64,000 nt of DNA from positions 130,550-194,549 of the forward strand of contig JAEUJZ010000023.1 of NCBI GenBank assembly GCA_016794505.1. The letters are read 5' to 3'. The position numbers and the translations under genes were made by a program. Within the stretch, counting starts at the first letter, position 1; the number at the start of each line of letters is the position of its first letter. This DNA is from Myxococcales bacterium (GTDB taxonomy: Bacteria > Myxococcota_A > Polyangia > Palsa-1104 > JAEUJZ01). Positions 29,928 through 38,170 of the stretch are shown piece by piece. A model generated the notes under the pieces. That model made no database searches. It was not told the origin of the DNA and saw only the letters and a program-made list of their open reading frames with translations.

Positions 29928-30938
29928 CTAGCCGACGACGTGCAGGGCGCTGCGTGTACGGACCTGTTTTTCCAAGGCGACCAGTTTCTGCTGCGCCTGC
30001 GCGAGCCGTTCCGCGTTGTCCGAGAGCTCGGCTTCGGCGGAAAGGAGAAGCTGAAGCTGCTCGGTCACATGGCGCGCTTCGGTCAGCTCGGCTGCATCCA
30101 AGGCATCCTGCACTTCGACGAGCAAGCGCTCGGCAAGCTGAGCATCGGCCTGCCACGCAGCGCGAGCATGCTCGGCGGCTCGGCTCGGGCAGGCTCGGGC
30201 GGCAAGCAACAGGCGACTGGAGCGCAGCGGCCCATGCCATGTCGCTGCCGCCGCCTGCAAGGCCGCATGCTCGGCGCCCGTGGGCTGACCTGCGGCTTGG
30301 TACAGCGCAGCCAGAAGCCCCCACGCCGGCCCAGCCAGCGGATCAAGGATCACGGCCTGTTTCAGCGCCGCCAGTGCCGCGTCGACATCGCCCTCTTCGT
30401 ACGCGATCTCGGCCTGCTCGAACCAGGGCAGCGCGGCGCCGGGATCCTCGCGCTTGCCACACGCTACCCGCTTCTTGCGCACGCTCAGCTCTAGCTCGTC
30501 GTCTCCGACGAAGACATCGCGGAATTCACCGTGGCGATCCACGATCAGGGCTTCGCGGGCCAAGGTCGCATCGATGAAGGCTTCGATGTGGCTACCGACG
30601 ACAATCGGGTCCGGTGCACTCGCGTCCACAAGGGAGATGCGGCCGGATGCATCCAGCCAGAGCGCTCCGTCAGCGCAATCGCCGATATGCAGATACGAGC
30701 GCCCTTCTGGAGTGCCATCGACGGGCTGAATGCTGTCGCAGGAAAACAAGCTCTGTGCTTCGAGAAACAGCGTCACACCGTCAAACGATCGCAGAAAGTC
30801 GAGATACTCCGCCGGCAACGGCCAGGCGGCACGTTTCGTTAGAGCATCCAGCGATGTCAACGTGGCAGGTGCGCCGAGAAAATGGACAAACGCGGCATAA
30901 CGGCCAGCAGCCGCTCGCAGCGCCTCGAAGAAGGCCAT
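29928..30938 (-). CDS. SMI1/KNR4 (SUKH)-like N-domain protein with TPR-like helical C-terminus
   Basis: LPAEYLDFLRSFDGVTLF matches the SUKH-1 signature. The start is moved to MAFFEAL. Confidence 0.45.
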   Translation of the reverse strand: MAFFEALRAAAGRYAAFVHFLGAPATLTSLDALTKRAAWPLPAEYLDFLRSFDGVTLFLEAQSLFSCDSIQPVDGTPEGRSYLHIGDCADGALWLDASGRISLVDASAPDPIVVGSHIEAFIDATLAREALIVDRHGEFRDVFVGDDELELSVRKKRVACGKREDPGAALPWFEQAEIAYEEGDVDAALAALKQAVILDPLAGPAWGLLAALYQAAGQPTGAEHAALQAAAATWHGPLRSSRLLLAARACPSRAAEHARAAWQADAQLAERLLVEVQDALDAAELTEARHVTEQLQLLLSAEAELSDNAERLAQAQQKLVALEKQVRTRSALHVVG

Positions 30939-30945
30939 GTTGGGT

Positions 30946-32376
30946 TTACTTGACGGTGCAGGGGTTAGAGAGGCGGGCGCGCTTTTCAGCGTCGCGGAGC
31001 GTCTTGATCGTGCTCGCGCCCGGCTTCTGGTTGGCCGGCGCAACGCGGAAGGCATAGCACAGCACTTCTGCGCTATCGCGGTACTTCTTGGACTTGAAGT
31101 AGTCCTCGCCAGCCGCGATCAGCTTGGTGCGCAGCTTATCGGCAAACTCTTGGCGGTACGCGCTATCAGGAGACATCTGGTCGTAGATACGAACGGCCGC
31201 GGCAATGCCATCCGGCGTGCCTTTGTCTAGCTCGACGCTGCCGGCCTTGTACTTGCCTTCGTCTTCTGCGGCGCGTGCGGACTGCGCTCGCAAGCGGACC
31301 GCTTCCAGGCTGACTGGATCGATCTCAAGCGCGGCTTCTGCCGCATCTTTGGCTTTCTGCCATTCCTGCTTGTTGAATGCTTCCTTCGCGATCCGCACCT
31401 GGTTTTCGGCTTCCTGGATCTTCGCGGCGATCGCTTGCTCGACGGCGCCCTTGGGAGGACCCGAGGGAACGATCAGCTTGATGATCCAAATCAGCCAGAC
31501 CAAGGCCGTCACACCTGCAAGCCCAAGGAACGCCTTCTTTACGTTCGGCGAGATCGGCGGTCCCATCAGGTTGGCGATCGCCTGCGACGCTTTGGCTCCG
31601 CCCGATCCGCCGCTTCCGTCGAGACGGAACATCAGCTCACCAAACCGAACCGTGTCACCTGGGCCGGCCTGTGCGCTTGTAATCTTGCGCCCGTTTACGT
31701 AGGTCCCGTTGGCCGAGTTCAGATCCTCGACTTCAATCCGGCCCCCACCGATGCGTCGCATCTTTGAGTGCTTGCGCGACATCGAGGGATCGTCGAGGAC
31801 GAGGTCGTTGCCAACGCCGCGCCCGACGGTAATCTCGGCCATTCCAGGTAGATCGAAGACGCGACCGCTGTACTGGCCGCCTTCGGCAATCAGGCGAACC
31901 AAGTCGGTTGGCCCCCCCGCTGTGGGGGGCATTCCGCTCTGCGGCAAGGCGGCCCCTGGCAGCACGGCCGACGGCATCTGCGGCAACGGCTGCGGCGGCA
32001 TCATGCCTGGCATCATGGGCGGTGCAGCCATCGGTGGTGCAGCCATCGGCGGTGCGGCCATCGGCGGCGGCGCCATGCCCACCTGTTCCACGAGCAGACG
32101 GAACTCCGCGATCTCAACCCGCGTGTTCGGTGGAATGGGGGTCATCGTATTGGCAGGGATGCGAGCGCCGTTGATCACGATGCCGTTGGCGCTGCCGTCA
32201 TCGATGATCGAGACGCCGGTCGGTTCGATGCGCACCCGGCAGTGGCGACGGGAAACACTGGGCGATGCGAGGACCATCTGACGATCCTGATCGCGGCCAA
32301 TCGTAAACTCGCCCGCGTCCATTTCTTTACGCGCGAGTTCCCGTCCATCCTTATCTGTGGCGATTACTCTCCACAC
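30946..32376 (-). CDS. Double FHA-domain membrane protein (FHA - PMAAP repeat linker - FHA - TM - coiled-coil C-domain)
   Basis: Two FHA cores are present (TIGRD...SRRHCRV and TVGRG...SRKHS...NGTYVNG). A (MAAPP)3 linker is encoded by a 15-bp DNA repeat. There is one TM helix. Confidence 0.7.
   Translation of the reverse strand: MWRVIATDKDGRELARKEMDAGEFTIGRDQDRQMVLASPSVSRRHCRVRIEPTGVSIIDDGSANGIVINGARIPANTMTPIPPNTRVEIAEFRLLVEQVGMAPPPMAAPPMAAPPMAAPPMMPGMMPPQPLPQMPSAVLPGAALPQSGMPPTAGGPTDLVRLIAEGGQYSGRVFDLPGMAEITVGRGVGNDLVLDDPSMSRKHSKMRRIGGGRIEVEDLNSANGTYVNGRKITSAQAGPGDTVRFGELMFRLDGSGGSGGAKASQAIANLMGPPISPNVKKAFLGLAGVTALVWLIWIIKLIVPSGPPKGAVEQAIAAKIQEAENQVRIAKEAFNKQEWQKAKDAAEAALEIDPVSLEAVRLRAQSARAAEDEGKYKAGSVELDKGTPDGIAAAVRIYDQMSPDSAYRQEFADKLRTKLIAAGEDYFKSKKYRDSAEVLCYAFRVAPANQKPGASTIKTLRDAEKRARLSNPCTVK
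32021..32080. repeat. 15-bp imperfect tandem repeat (x4) inside the double-FHA gene, encoding PMAAP repeats
   Basis: GGTGCAGCCATCGGY units are read directly. Confidence 0.8.
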
Positions 32377-32419
32377 AGAAGCTCCACCTGACTCTCAGTT
32401 AGGGTTCCACGAAGCCTCG

Positions 32420-34699
32420 TTATCCCGCAAAGGCTGGGACGTGACCAGTGGCCACGAACTGCCCATCGCCTCCTTCTGGCTTGAAAGAGAACACCGGCAG
32501 AAGCTCGATGCCGCCTTCTTCGCTCAGAATGACTTCCGAGATCTCCATGACACGATAGGCGCCGCCAGCTGTCCGGCCCACGTGGACCGCCAAATTCAGG
32601 CTCTGCGCTAGCTCTTCGCGCAAGGCTTTGCGCGACGGGGATTCATTGGACAAGCGTGCGAGCGACTCCAGACGGCCCACCGCTTCGCGTGACGAGGCTG
32701 CGTCGGCCCCGACGACGACGCCTTGGCCTCCACAGAGAGCAGCGGCAACGTCGAGGGCTTCGGGGCCTCGGACATCGGTGATGATGAGGTGATCTGGATG
32801 CATGCGAACCGCGTGACCGATCAGACTGCGCATTTCCAAGCCGCGTCCGATCAGCCCAATCCATGCCGCATGCGTCGCCGAAAGGTCAAGCTCACTAACA
32901 GGCTCGACGGTGACAACGCGCGCACCAGCGGCTGTGGCCCCACCAAGCGCCCCCAGCATGACCCCACGGCCATAGCCAGAAACGATGAGGTTGCGGCGCT
33001 CGCGCATGCAGACTTCGAGGAATTCGGACATCGCTGCCGAGAGCACGCCTTGATTGACGAGATCTTGCAGCCGGCCACCGGTTTTGCGCGCTCGGCGCAG
33101 CACCAGCGACGGAACTCGCGCCAGTGGCGGCAAGGCTGCCTGCAACAGGGCGCCACTGTCCAGTCGAATCTCTTGGATGCCGGTGTCCAGACGGCCTCCG
33201 GCCCGCGTGACCATGCGGTGGATGGCTCGATACACGGCCGCAGGTGACGTAAAGACGCGCTCGTACAAGCTCTGCCCGCTGCCGCGATCGACGAAAATGC
33301 GATCGGGGCCCGCCACGGCAACCTCATGGACGCTCTCGTCGGCCAAGAGCTCATCGAGAGGCCCGCAGCCTGTTAGCTCAGCCAGGGCCATCTTTGCCAA
33401 GGCATCGCTTTCAAGCCCCAGGGGCAGCGGAAAGATCTTGTCTGCGATGTCGCGCGTGGCCTTGTCTAGCTTGGCCTCTGCGTCGCTGAGCTGATCGGGT
33501 GTGGCCTGGGCGAGGCCTAGCTGATCCACGGCCTTGGTGACCACCTGCGTGAGCGCTTCTATGTAGCGTCGTCGCTGTGGATCTTCGATCGCAGCAGCCA
33601 CACTGCCCACGGCGGGTCGACTTGCGGGGCCGATGGCAGGTGTCGCCGAGCGTGTTACTGGTCGACTGGCAGGTGCCACTGATGGCGTCGTCGATGGCGT
33701 CGAGCGAGCCAGCGGGGGGCGGGCCGTGGGGGGCGCGACCGGTGGCGGTACCACAGCCGGCGGTGGCGCACCAACGGGCGGAGCCGCCAAGGCCGATGAA
33801 GGCGGCGGACTCGAAGGGGGTGCCGCGATCGCCATCGGAGGCGGTGTCACTGCCACCGGAGGCGGTTGCGCTGCTGGCGGCGCGAGTGAAACCGGCGGCG
33901 GCGCCGAGGGCGGACTGATCGGCGTCAGCGATTGCAGCGTCGGAGGCGGTACCGGAACCGGGCCAGGTAGAGGGACGCTAAGCGGCGATGGAATGCGGGG
34001 CGCATCGCCGGCCATCATCGTCGCTTTGTCCGAGATCCGATCCGCCGGCATGATGGGTCGATCCAGCGACGCCATCTCTGCACTTGCACTGCCGGGGATC
34101 GGCGGCTTTGTGCTGATGCGCAGCGGTGGTGGAGGCGCTGCTGGCGGCGGCGGTGCAGAAACCGGCGGCGCTGCTGGCGGCGACGGTGGCGGGGTTGGCC
34201 GCGTCGCCCTGGCATCAGGAACAGGCGACTTTGCCGACTCATCAGGCTCATCCAGCTCGTCTTCCATGCCGGCGGCGACGTCCATCGAGGTCGGCTCGGC
34301 CCGGATGGCGGGCACCGTCGCAATCGGCGGACGCCCCCCAGGACGAGGAGGAGGCGGCGGCGGACGGCCCGCGCTCTCCAGATCGGCCGTCGAGCTCGTC
34401 GATGGCCCGGAGCCTTCCTCGATGTTCATGATGAAGTCACCGATGTAGATCTTGTCGGTGCCCTTCACCACCAGCGGCGCCGTGATCTTGCGGCCATTGA
34501 CATACGTGCCGTTGGTGCTCTTTAGGTCGACGATGATGTACTTGCCGTCTTTGAAAACGATGCGCGAGTGACGCTTGGATACGTTCCCCTTCGGGAGGAC
34601 GATGTCGTTGCCTTGCACTCGACCAATTGTGATCTCGGGTCGGTCGAACTCTAGACGCTTCGTCTCACCACCTTTTTCGGAGATCAGGATGGAGAACAT
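32420..34699 (-). CDS. FHA domain - Pro-rich linker - CpaF/TadA/VirB11-like secretion-ATPase domain with degenerate catalytic motifs (predicted pseudo-ATPase)
   Basis: The N-terminal FHA is ITIGRV...SKRHSRI...NGTYVNG. The C-terminal domain is colinear with CpaF, but Walker A reads GYGRGVML (no Lys/Thr), the Walker-B Glu reads TDVRG, and the His-box reads GADAAS. Confidence 0.65.
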   Translation of the reverse strand: MFSILISEKGGETKRLEFDRPEITIGRVQGNDIVLPKGNVSKRHSRIVFKDGKYIIVDLKSTNGTYVNGRKITAPLVVKGTDKIYIGDFIMNIEEGSGPSTSSTADLESAGRPPPPPPRPGGRPPIATVPAIRAEPTSMDVAAGMEDELDEPDESAKSPVPDARATRPTPPPSPPAAPPVSAPPPPAAPPPPLRISTKPPIPGSASAEMASLDRPIMPADRISDKATMMAGDAPRIPSPLSVPLPGPVPVPPPTLQSLTPISPPSAPPPVSLAPPAAQPPPVAVTPPPMAIAAPPSSPPPSSALAAPPVGAPPPAVVPPPVAPPTARPPLARSTPSTTPSVAPASRPVTRSATPAIGPASRPAVGSVAAAIEDPQRRRYIEALTQVVTKAVDQLGLAQATPDQLSDAEAKLDKATRDIADKIFPLPLGLESDALAKMALAELTGCGPLDELLADESVHEVAVAGPDRIFVDRGSGQSLYERVFTSPAAVYRAIHRMVTRAGGRLDTGIQEIRLDSGALLQAALPPLARVPSLVLRRARKTGGRLQDLVNQGVLSAAMSEFLEVCMRERRNLIVSGYGRGVMLGALGGATAAGARVVTVEPVSELDLSATHAAWIGLIGRGLEMRSLIGHAVRMHPDHLIITDVRGPEALDVAAALCGGQGVVVGADAASSREAVGRLESLARLSNESPSRKALREELAQSLNLAVHVGRTAGGAYRVMEISEVILSEEGGIELLPVFSFKPEGGDGQFVATGHVPAFAG

Positions 34700-35026
34700 A
34701 TCTGGTCATGCTCCTTTGCGTGCCATATGGGCACGGTTGCCGTCGGCAAAAACCAGGCTGTGATTGCGGCCTACCTTACGATGCCCGTCGATTTAGGGTC
34801 AAGCGCTTTGGCAGAGGACCAGCGTGGCTGGGCGTGCTTGGGCGCTGCAGACCCTGACAATCTATTTTTTCGACGATATCAAAAAGCTGACTCGGCGGGA
34901 ACAGTTAGTTACGAAGCGGGCAGGTCCCGATCGCTCGACAGCCCGCCTGAGAGTGAGCTACCAAGCCAACCGATGGGTATCAAATTTGTAATTCAAAAAA
35001 CTAATTTATTTGTATAGTTACTCGGT

Positions 35027-35794
35027 ATGTCCAGATCAACTCGCTCGCTTAGGGGGCCAGAGGGCGGTCTCTGGCTGCATCGTCGGGATGTTCTTTGGGC
35101 CATTCCACTCGCTCTGCTTCTGCCTCGCCTTGCCGAGGCTGGGCCGCGTTACTACCTGCGCTTGCGTGGTGTCGAGATGGCTCCGACGGCGCTGGTAGGG
35201 GCGGAGTCCGTCCATGCGGCTCCCGCCACGTCACCCGCAGCAGGAAGCTTGCCCGACGGCGGAGCTGCGCCTTCTGTGGCGGCTGCACCAGCGCGCAGCC
35301 CGGCGGATGCCGTCATCGAGATGGCGCGTGAGAACCTGGTCACAGAGCTTCGCAAGCGCCCTGAAGTTGTTCTAGAGCTCGACGGAGTGCCGGCAGATGC
35401 CCCGCCCGCGCGCATCAAGGAAGAGCTGCAGCGACGGGGACTACGCGGCTACGAGGTGACTCTTCGCCTGCTCAAGGTCGAACGAGCTCTGCGACCGGCT
35501 CCGACGGGACGACGCTTCCGTCTGCTGGAACAGAGCGTGAAGCTCTCTTTGGTCGGCACGCTGTACCCTGGTGACCCCCAGCTAGCGCTGGGAGGCGATG
35601 GAGAATCCGCTGTGCAGATCGAAGTCGGTGCGCAGATCAGCCAGAATCAAGAACGTGATGCGCTGACGGAAGCCGTCAAGGACGCCGTCAGTCAGGCCGT
35701 TGCACAAGGGCTGCGCAAGCTGAGCGCAGGGCCGACCAAGCCACCGAAGGACCCCCCACGGCGTCGTGTCCCAGCCAAGCCACCGGCAAAGTAG
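35027..35794 (+). CDS. Hypothetical exported protein (Tat-like RRDVLWAIPLALLL signal)
   Basis: It has an N-terminal signal peptide and high GC3. No domain was recognised. Confidence 0.45.
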   Translation: MSRSTRSLRGPEGGLWLHRRDVLWAIPLALLLPRLAEAGPRYYLRLRGVEMAPTALVGAESVHAAPATSPAAGSLPDGGAAPSVAAAPARSPADAVIEMARENLVTELRKRPEVVLELDGVPADAPPARIKEELQRRGLRGYEVTLRLLKVERALRPAPTGRRFRLLEQSVKLSLVGTLYPGDPQLALGGDGESAVQIEVGAQISQNQERDALTEAVKDAVSQAVAQGLRKLSAGPTKPPKDPPRRRVPAKPPAK

Positions 35795-35826
35795 CCCACG
35801 TCGCCGCAGCGGCATAGAATGCCGGC

Positions 35827-36372
35827 ATGTCACGTGTGGATGCTAGCTCTGCCGAGTGCTTGGTCTTTACCTTCAAGGAAGGGTTGCTTGCCGCTGTCGC
35901 ACACGACCTGAAGCTGCGAGTGACGCGGTTTACGGTCGATGTGACCGACGGCGGGGTAAGCGCCGAGTTCGCTGCGGACTCGCTGCGCGTCATGCACGCG
36001 ATGCGCGACGGACGAGAGGATGCCGCGGCGCTTTCCGATGCCGATCGCCGCAAGATCGAACGGAACATCGTCGAAGAGGTCTTGGCCGCAGGGCGCTACC
36101 CGACGATACGCTTTAGCAGCACACGCGTCGTGAAGAACCCCGTCGGTTTCGAGGTCAGCGGCGAGCTGGCTCTGCATGGCCAGCGTCGTCCCTTGCGAGT
36201 GGACGTGAAAGCGGTTGGGTCGCGGTTCGTTGCCGAAGTTGTGCTGCATCAACCGGACTTCGGCATCAAGCCCTACACGGCCATGCTCGGGGCCTTGCGC
36301 ATTCGCCCCGATGTGCGCATTGAGCTCTCGGTTCCGAGTGCGGTATCTGAGAACGCCGAGCAGAAGTCCTAA
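35827..36372 (+). CDS. YceI-like family protein
   Basis: Length is about 180 aa with an ELALHGQRRPL motif, consistent with the YceI lipid/polyisoprenoid-binding family. Confidence 0.55.
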   Translation: MSRVDASSAECLVFTFKEGLLAAVAHDLKLRVTRFTVDVTDGGVSAEFAADSLRVMHAMRDGREDAAALSDADRRKIERNIVEEVLAAGRYPTIRFSSTRVVKNPVGFEVSGELALHGQRRPLRVDVKAVGSRFVAEVVLHQPDFGIKPYTAMLGALRIRPDVRIELSVPSAVSENAEQKS

Positions 36373-36414
36373 GCTAGCGAGAGGAAGAAGCTAGCGAGAG
36401 GAAGAAGCTAGCGA
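36373..36414. repeat. 17-bp tandem repeat (GCTAGCGAGAGGAAGAA x2.4) containing three palindromic GCTAGC sites, between convergent genes
   Basis: Read directly. It overlaps the stop codon of the ECF sigma gene. It could form a hairpin as a bidirectional terminator. Confidence 0.8.
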
Positions 36415-36956
36415 TCGCCGCGATCTTTGAGCGTCGTGCGCAGCATGCGGTGAGCCCGCAGACGACGGGTGCGTACGCCGCCGATGGTGATACCCAGCGT
36501 GGCAGCAACCACCTCGATCGGCTTTTCAGCAAGATCGCACTGCTCGACGACAGCGCGATAGCGCTCGGGTAGCTTTTCGATGGCCCAGCGCAGAAGCTCG
36601 GCGTTCTGTGCCTCTTCAAGCTGCGCGTGCGGTTGCGTAGAGCTACGCGCGCCGTGCAGCCAGCAGGAATCTCCGGGCAAGCTAGTGAGTGCGCGCTGGG
36701 TGCGATCTCCGGCGCGACGCTGACGACGCAACGACATCAGGACGGCGTTGGCGCTGACACGATACAGCCATGTACCCAGCTGGGAATCGCCGCGGAAGCA
36801 GTCGATGTGATGCAGCGCCGCAAGGAGTGCATCTTGCGTCGCGTCCTCGGCACCTTCAGAGCCGCGCAGCATGCGGCGAGCTTGGCGCAGCATGACGGGC
36901 CGGCTATCTGCGATCGCTTCGGCGAGAGTTTTCTTGGCGGGAGTCATCGTCGGCAT
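36408..36956 (-). CDS. ECF (sigma-70 group IV) RNA polymerase sigma factor
   Basis: Region 2 and region 4 motifs are present (DATQDALLAALHHIDCFRG...TWLYRVSANAV; LPERYRAVVEQCDLAEKPIEVVAATLGITIGGVRTR). The start is chosen at the ATG preceded by the AAGGAG SD. Confidence 0.75.
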   Translation of the reverse strand: MPTMTPAKKTLAEAIADSRPVMLRQARRMLRGSEGAEDATQDALLAALHHIDCFRGDSQLGTWLYRVSANAVLMSLRRQRRAGDRTQRALTSLPGDSCWLHGARSSTQPHAQLEEAQNAELLRWAIEKLPERYRAVVEQCDLAEKPIEVVAATLGITIGGVRTRRLRAHRMLRTTLKDRGDR

Positions 36957-37070
36957 GGGGGCTGGCTCCTTTGGCATCGTGAGCAGGTGAGATGGCCGTT
37001 TGTTGGCGGACCGCGACGGCAGCGTGCGAACCGTTTTTTGCCTGACTTGCAGCGTCAAACAAACAATGAA

Positions 37071-37108
37071 CAAACCATATACAATCCATCATGGTTTGTC
37101 AAACGTTT
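37071..37108. promoter_or_regulatory. Operator-like inverted repeats in the divergent ECF-sigma / CarH-like intergenic region: ACAAACCAT-N12-ATGGTTTGT and the 10-bp palindrome CAAACGTTTG
   Basis: Read directly. TTGACA (37175-37180) and TTGACC (37189-37194) hexamers lie downstream, facing the regulator gene. Confidence 0.45.
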
Positions 37109-37209
37109 GATCCACCCACGAAGCACCCCGTCGACAAAGTGATCTTTTGCATAGACCAATCTTTATACAAAGCATTGACAAAGCCGTCTTGACCGCGCAA
37201 GCTGAGTGT

Positions 37210-38124
37210 GTGAGCAAGTATCGGATTCGCACGGTCTCGCAGATGACTGGCTTGTCACCCGCCCTAATCCGCGCTTGGGAGGCGCGCTATCGCTTGGTGG
37301 TGCCTGAGAGGACGACAGCTGGCTATCGTCTGTATTCCGACGAAGATGTCGCGCTTCTGGTCGGCGCCCAGAGGCTGGTGCAGCGCGGCATCGCACCGAT
37401 GGAGGTCGCTCAGCTACCGCGCACGCACTTGCGCGAAGCAGGCGGCACCGCGATCCATGAACCTCCGGCGCCGGTTTCGGGTCTGACGAGCTACGGCGAT
37501 CACGTCGAGAGACTCGTGGCGGCCTTCGCCCGCTTTGACCAGCACCAGGCCGAGAGCCTGCTTTCGCGTCCGCTTTCGATGATGCCGCCCCTCGAAGCGT
37601 GCCGACAGATCCTGGTCCCGCTGATGCGTGAGCTAGGAGATCGCTGGCATCGCGGTGAAATCTCCGTCGCGGTCGAGCACTTTGGCACCAGCCTGGTGCG
37701 AGCCAAGCTGGTGATGCTCTTAGAGACGCTGCGTCACCGCAACAGCAACAAGACCGTTCTGTGCGCCTGTCCCCCAGGCGACCTGCACGAAGGCGGGCTC
37801 TTGCTGTTCGCGATCGAGGCGGTGGAGCAGGGCTGGCAGCCCGTCTATCTGGGGCCAGACTTGCCGATCGCTGCACTGGCGGCAGCAGCGCGACAGGCGG
37901 CCCCACTTCTCGTCGCGCTTTCGATCGTGCTGCGCCGCGAGCCGAGCGAGCTACAGCGTTTGCTGAGCAGCCTGCACGAGGCACTGGGCGACCGCTGTCC
38001 GATCCTTTTGGGTGGCTCTGGAATTGCCGGGCAGGAAGAGCTCATCGTGCGCTGTGGCTGCCGACTGCTGCCGCCATCGGGCAAACTCGATGAGCTACTG
38101 AGCGCCTCGCGCCATCGTCGGTAA
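37210..38124 (+). CDS. MerR-family transcriptional regulator with C-terminal cobalamin (B12)-binding domain (CarH/LitR-like photoregulator candidate)
   Basis: The N-terminal MerR HTH is YRIRTVSQMTGLSPALIRAWEARY. The C-terminal domain has the B12-binding DxHxxG motif (GDLHEGG) and GG..G loops. The ORF-track TTG start is in an AT-rich non-coding leader, so a GTG start at 37210 is preferred. Confidence 0.6.
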   Translation: MSKYRIRTVSQMTGLSPALIRAWEARYRLVVPERTTAGYRLYSDEDVALLVGAQRLVQRGIAPMEVAQLPRTHLREAGGTAIHEPPAPVSGLTSYGDHVERLVAAFARFDQHQAESLLSRPLSMMPPLEACRQILVPLMRELGDRWHRGEISVAVEHFGTSLVRAKLVMLLETLRHRNSNKTVLCACPPGDLHEGGLLLFAIEAVEQGWQPVYLGPDLPIAALAAAARQAAPLLVALSIVLRREPSELQRLLSSLHEALGDRCPILLGGSGIAGQEELIVRCGCRLLPPSGKLDELLSASRHRR

Positions 38125-38170
38125 GGCAACGCCCTCGACGCTGCGAGCTCAGCAAGGCCGCACTGTAAGC

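Noticed and set aside
34716-34740. Sigma-54-like TGGGCACGGTTGCCG motif.
   Set aside because: The spacing between the GG and GC elements is about 2 nt too short for the -24/-12 consensus (TGGCAC-N5-TTGC). It is kept only as part of an inverted repeat.
36373-36414. Possible CRISPR array.
   Set aside because: There are only about 2.4 copies of a 17-bp unit, with no spacers and no cas genes in the window.
37147-37209. ORF-track N-terminus of the MerR/B12 regulator (TTG start, MHRPIFIQSIDK...).
   Set aside because: It is an AT-rich, low-GC3 stretch that coincides with promoter hexamers. A GTG start at 37210, directly before the HTH, is more plausible.
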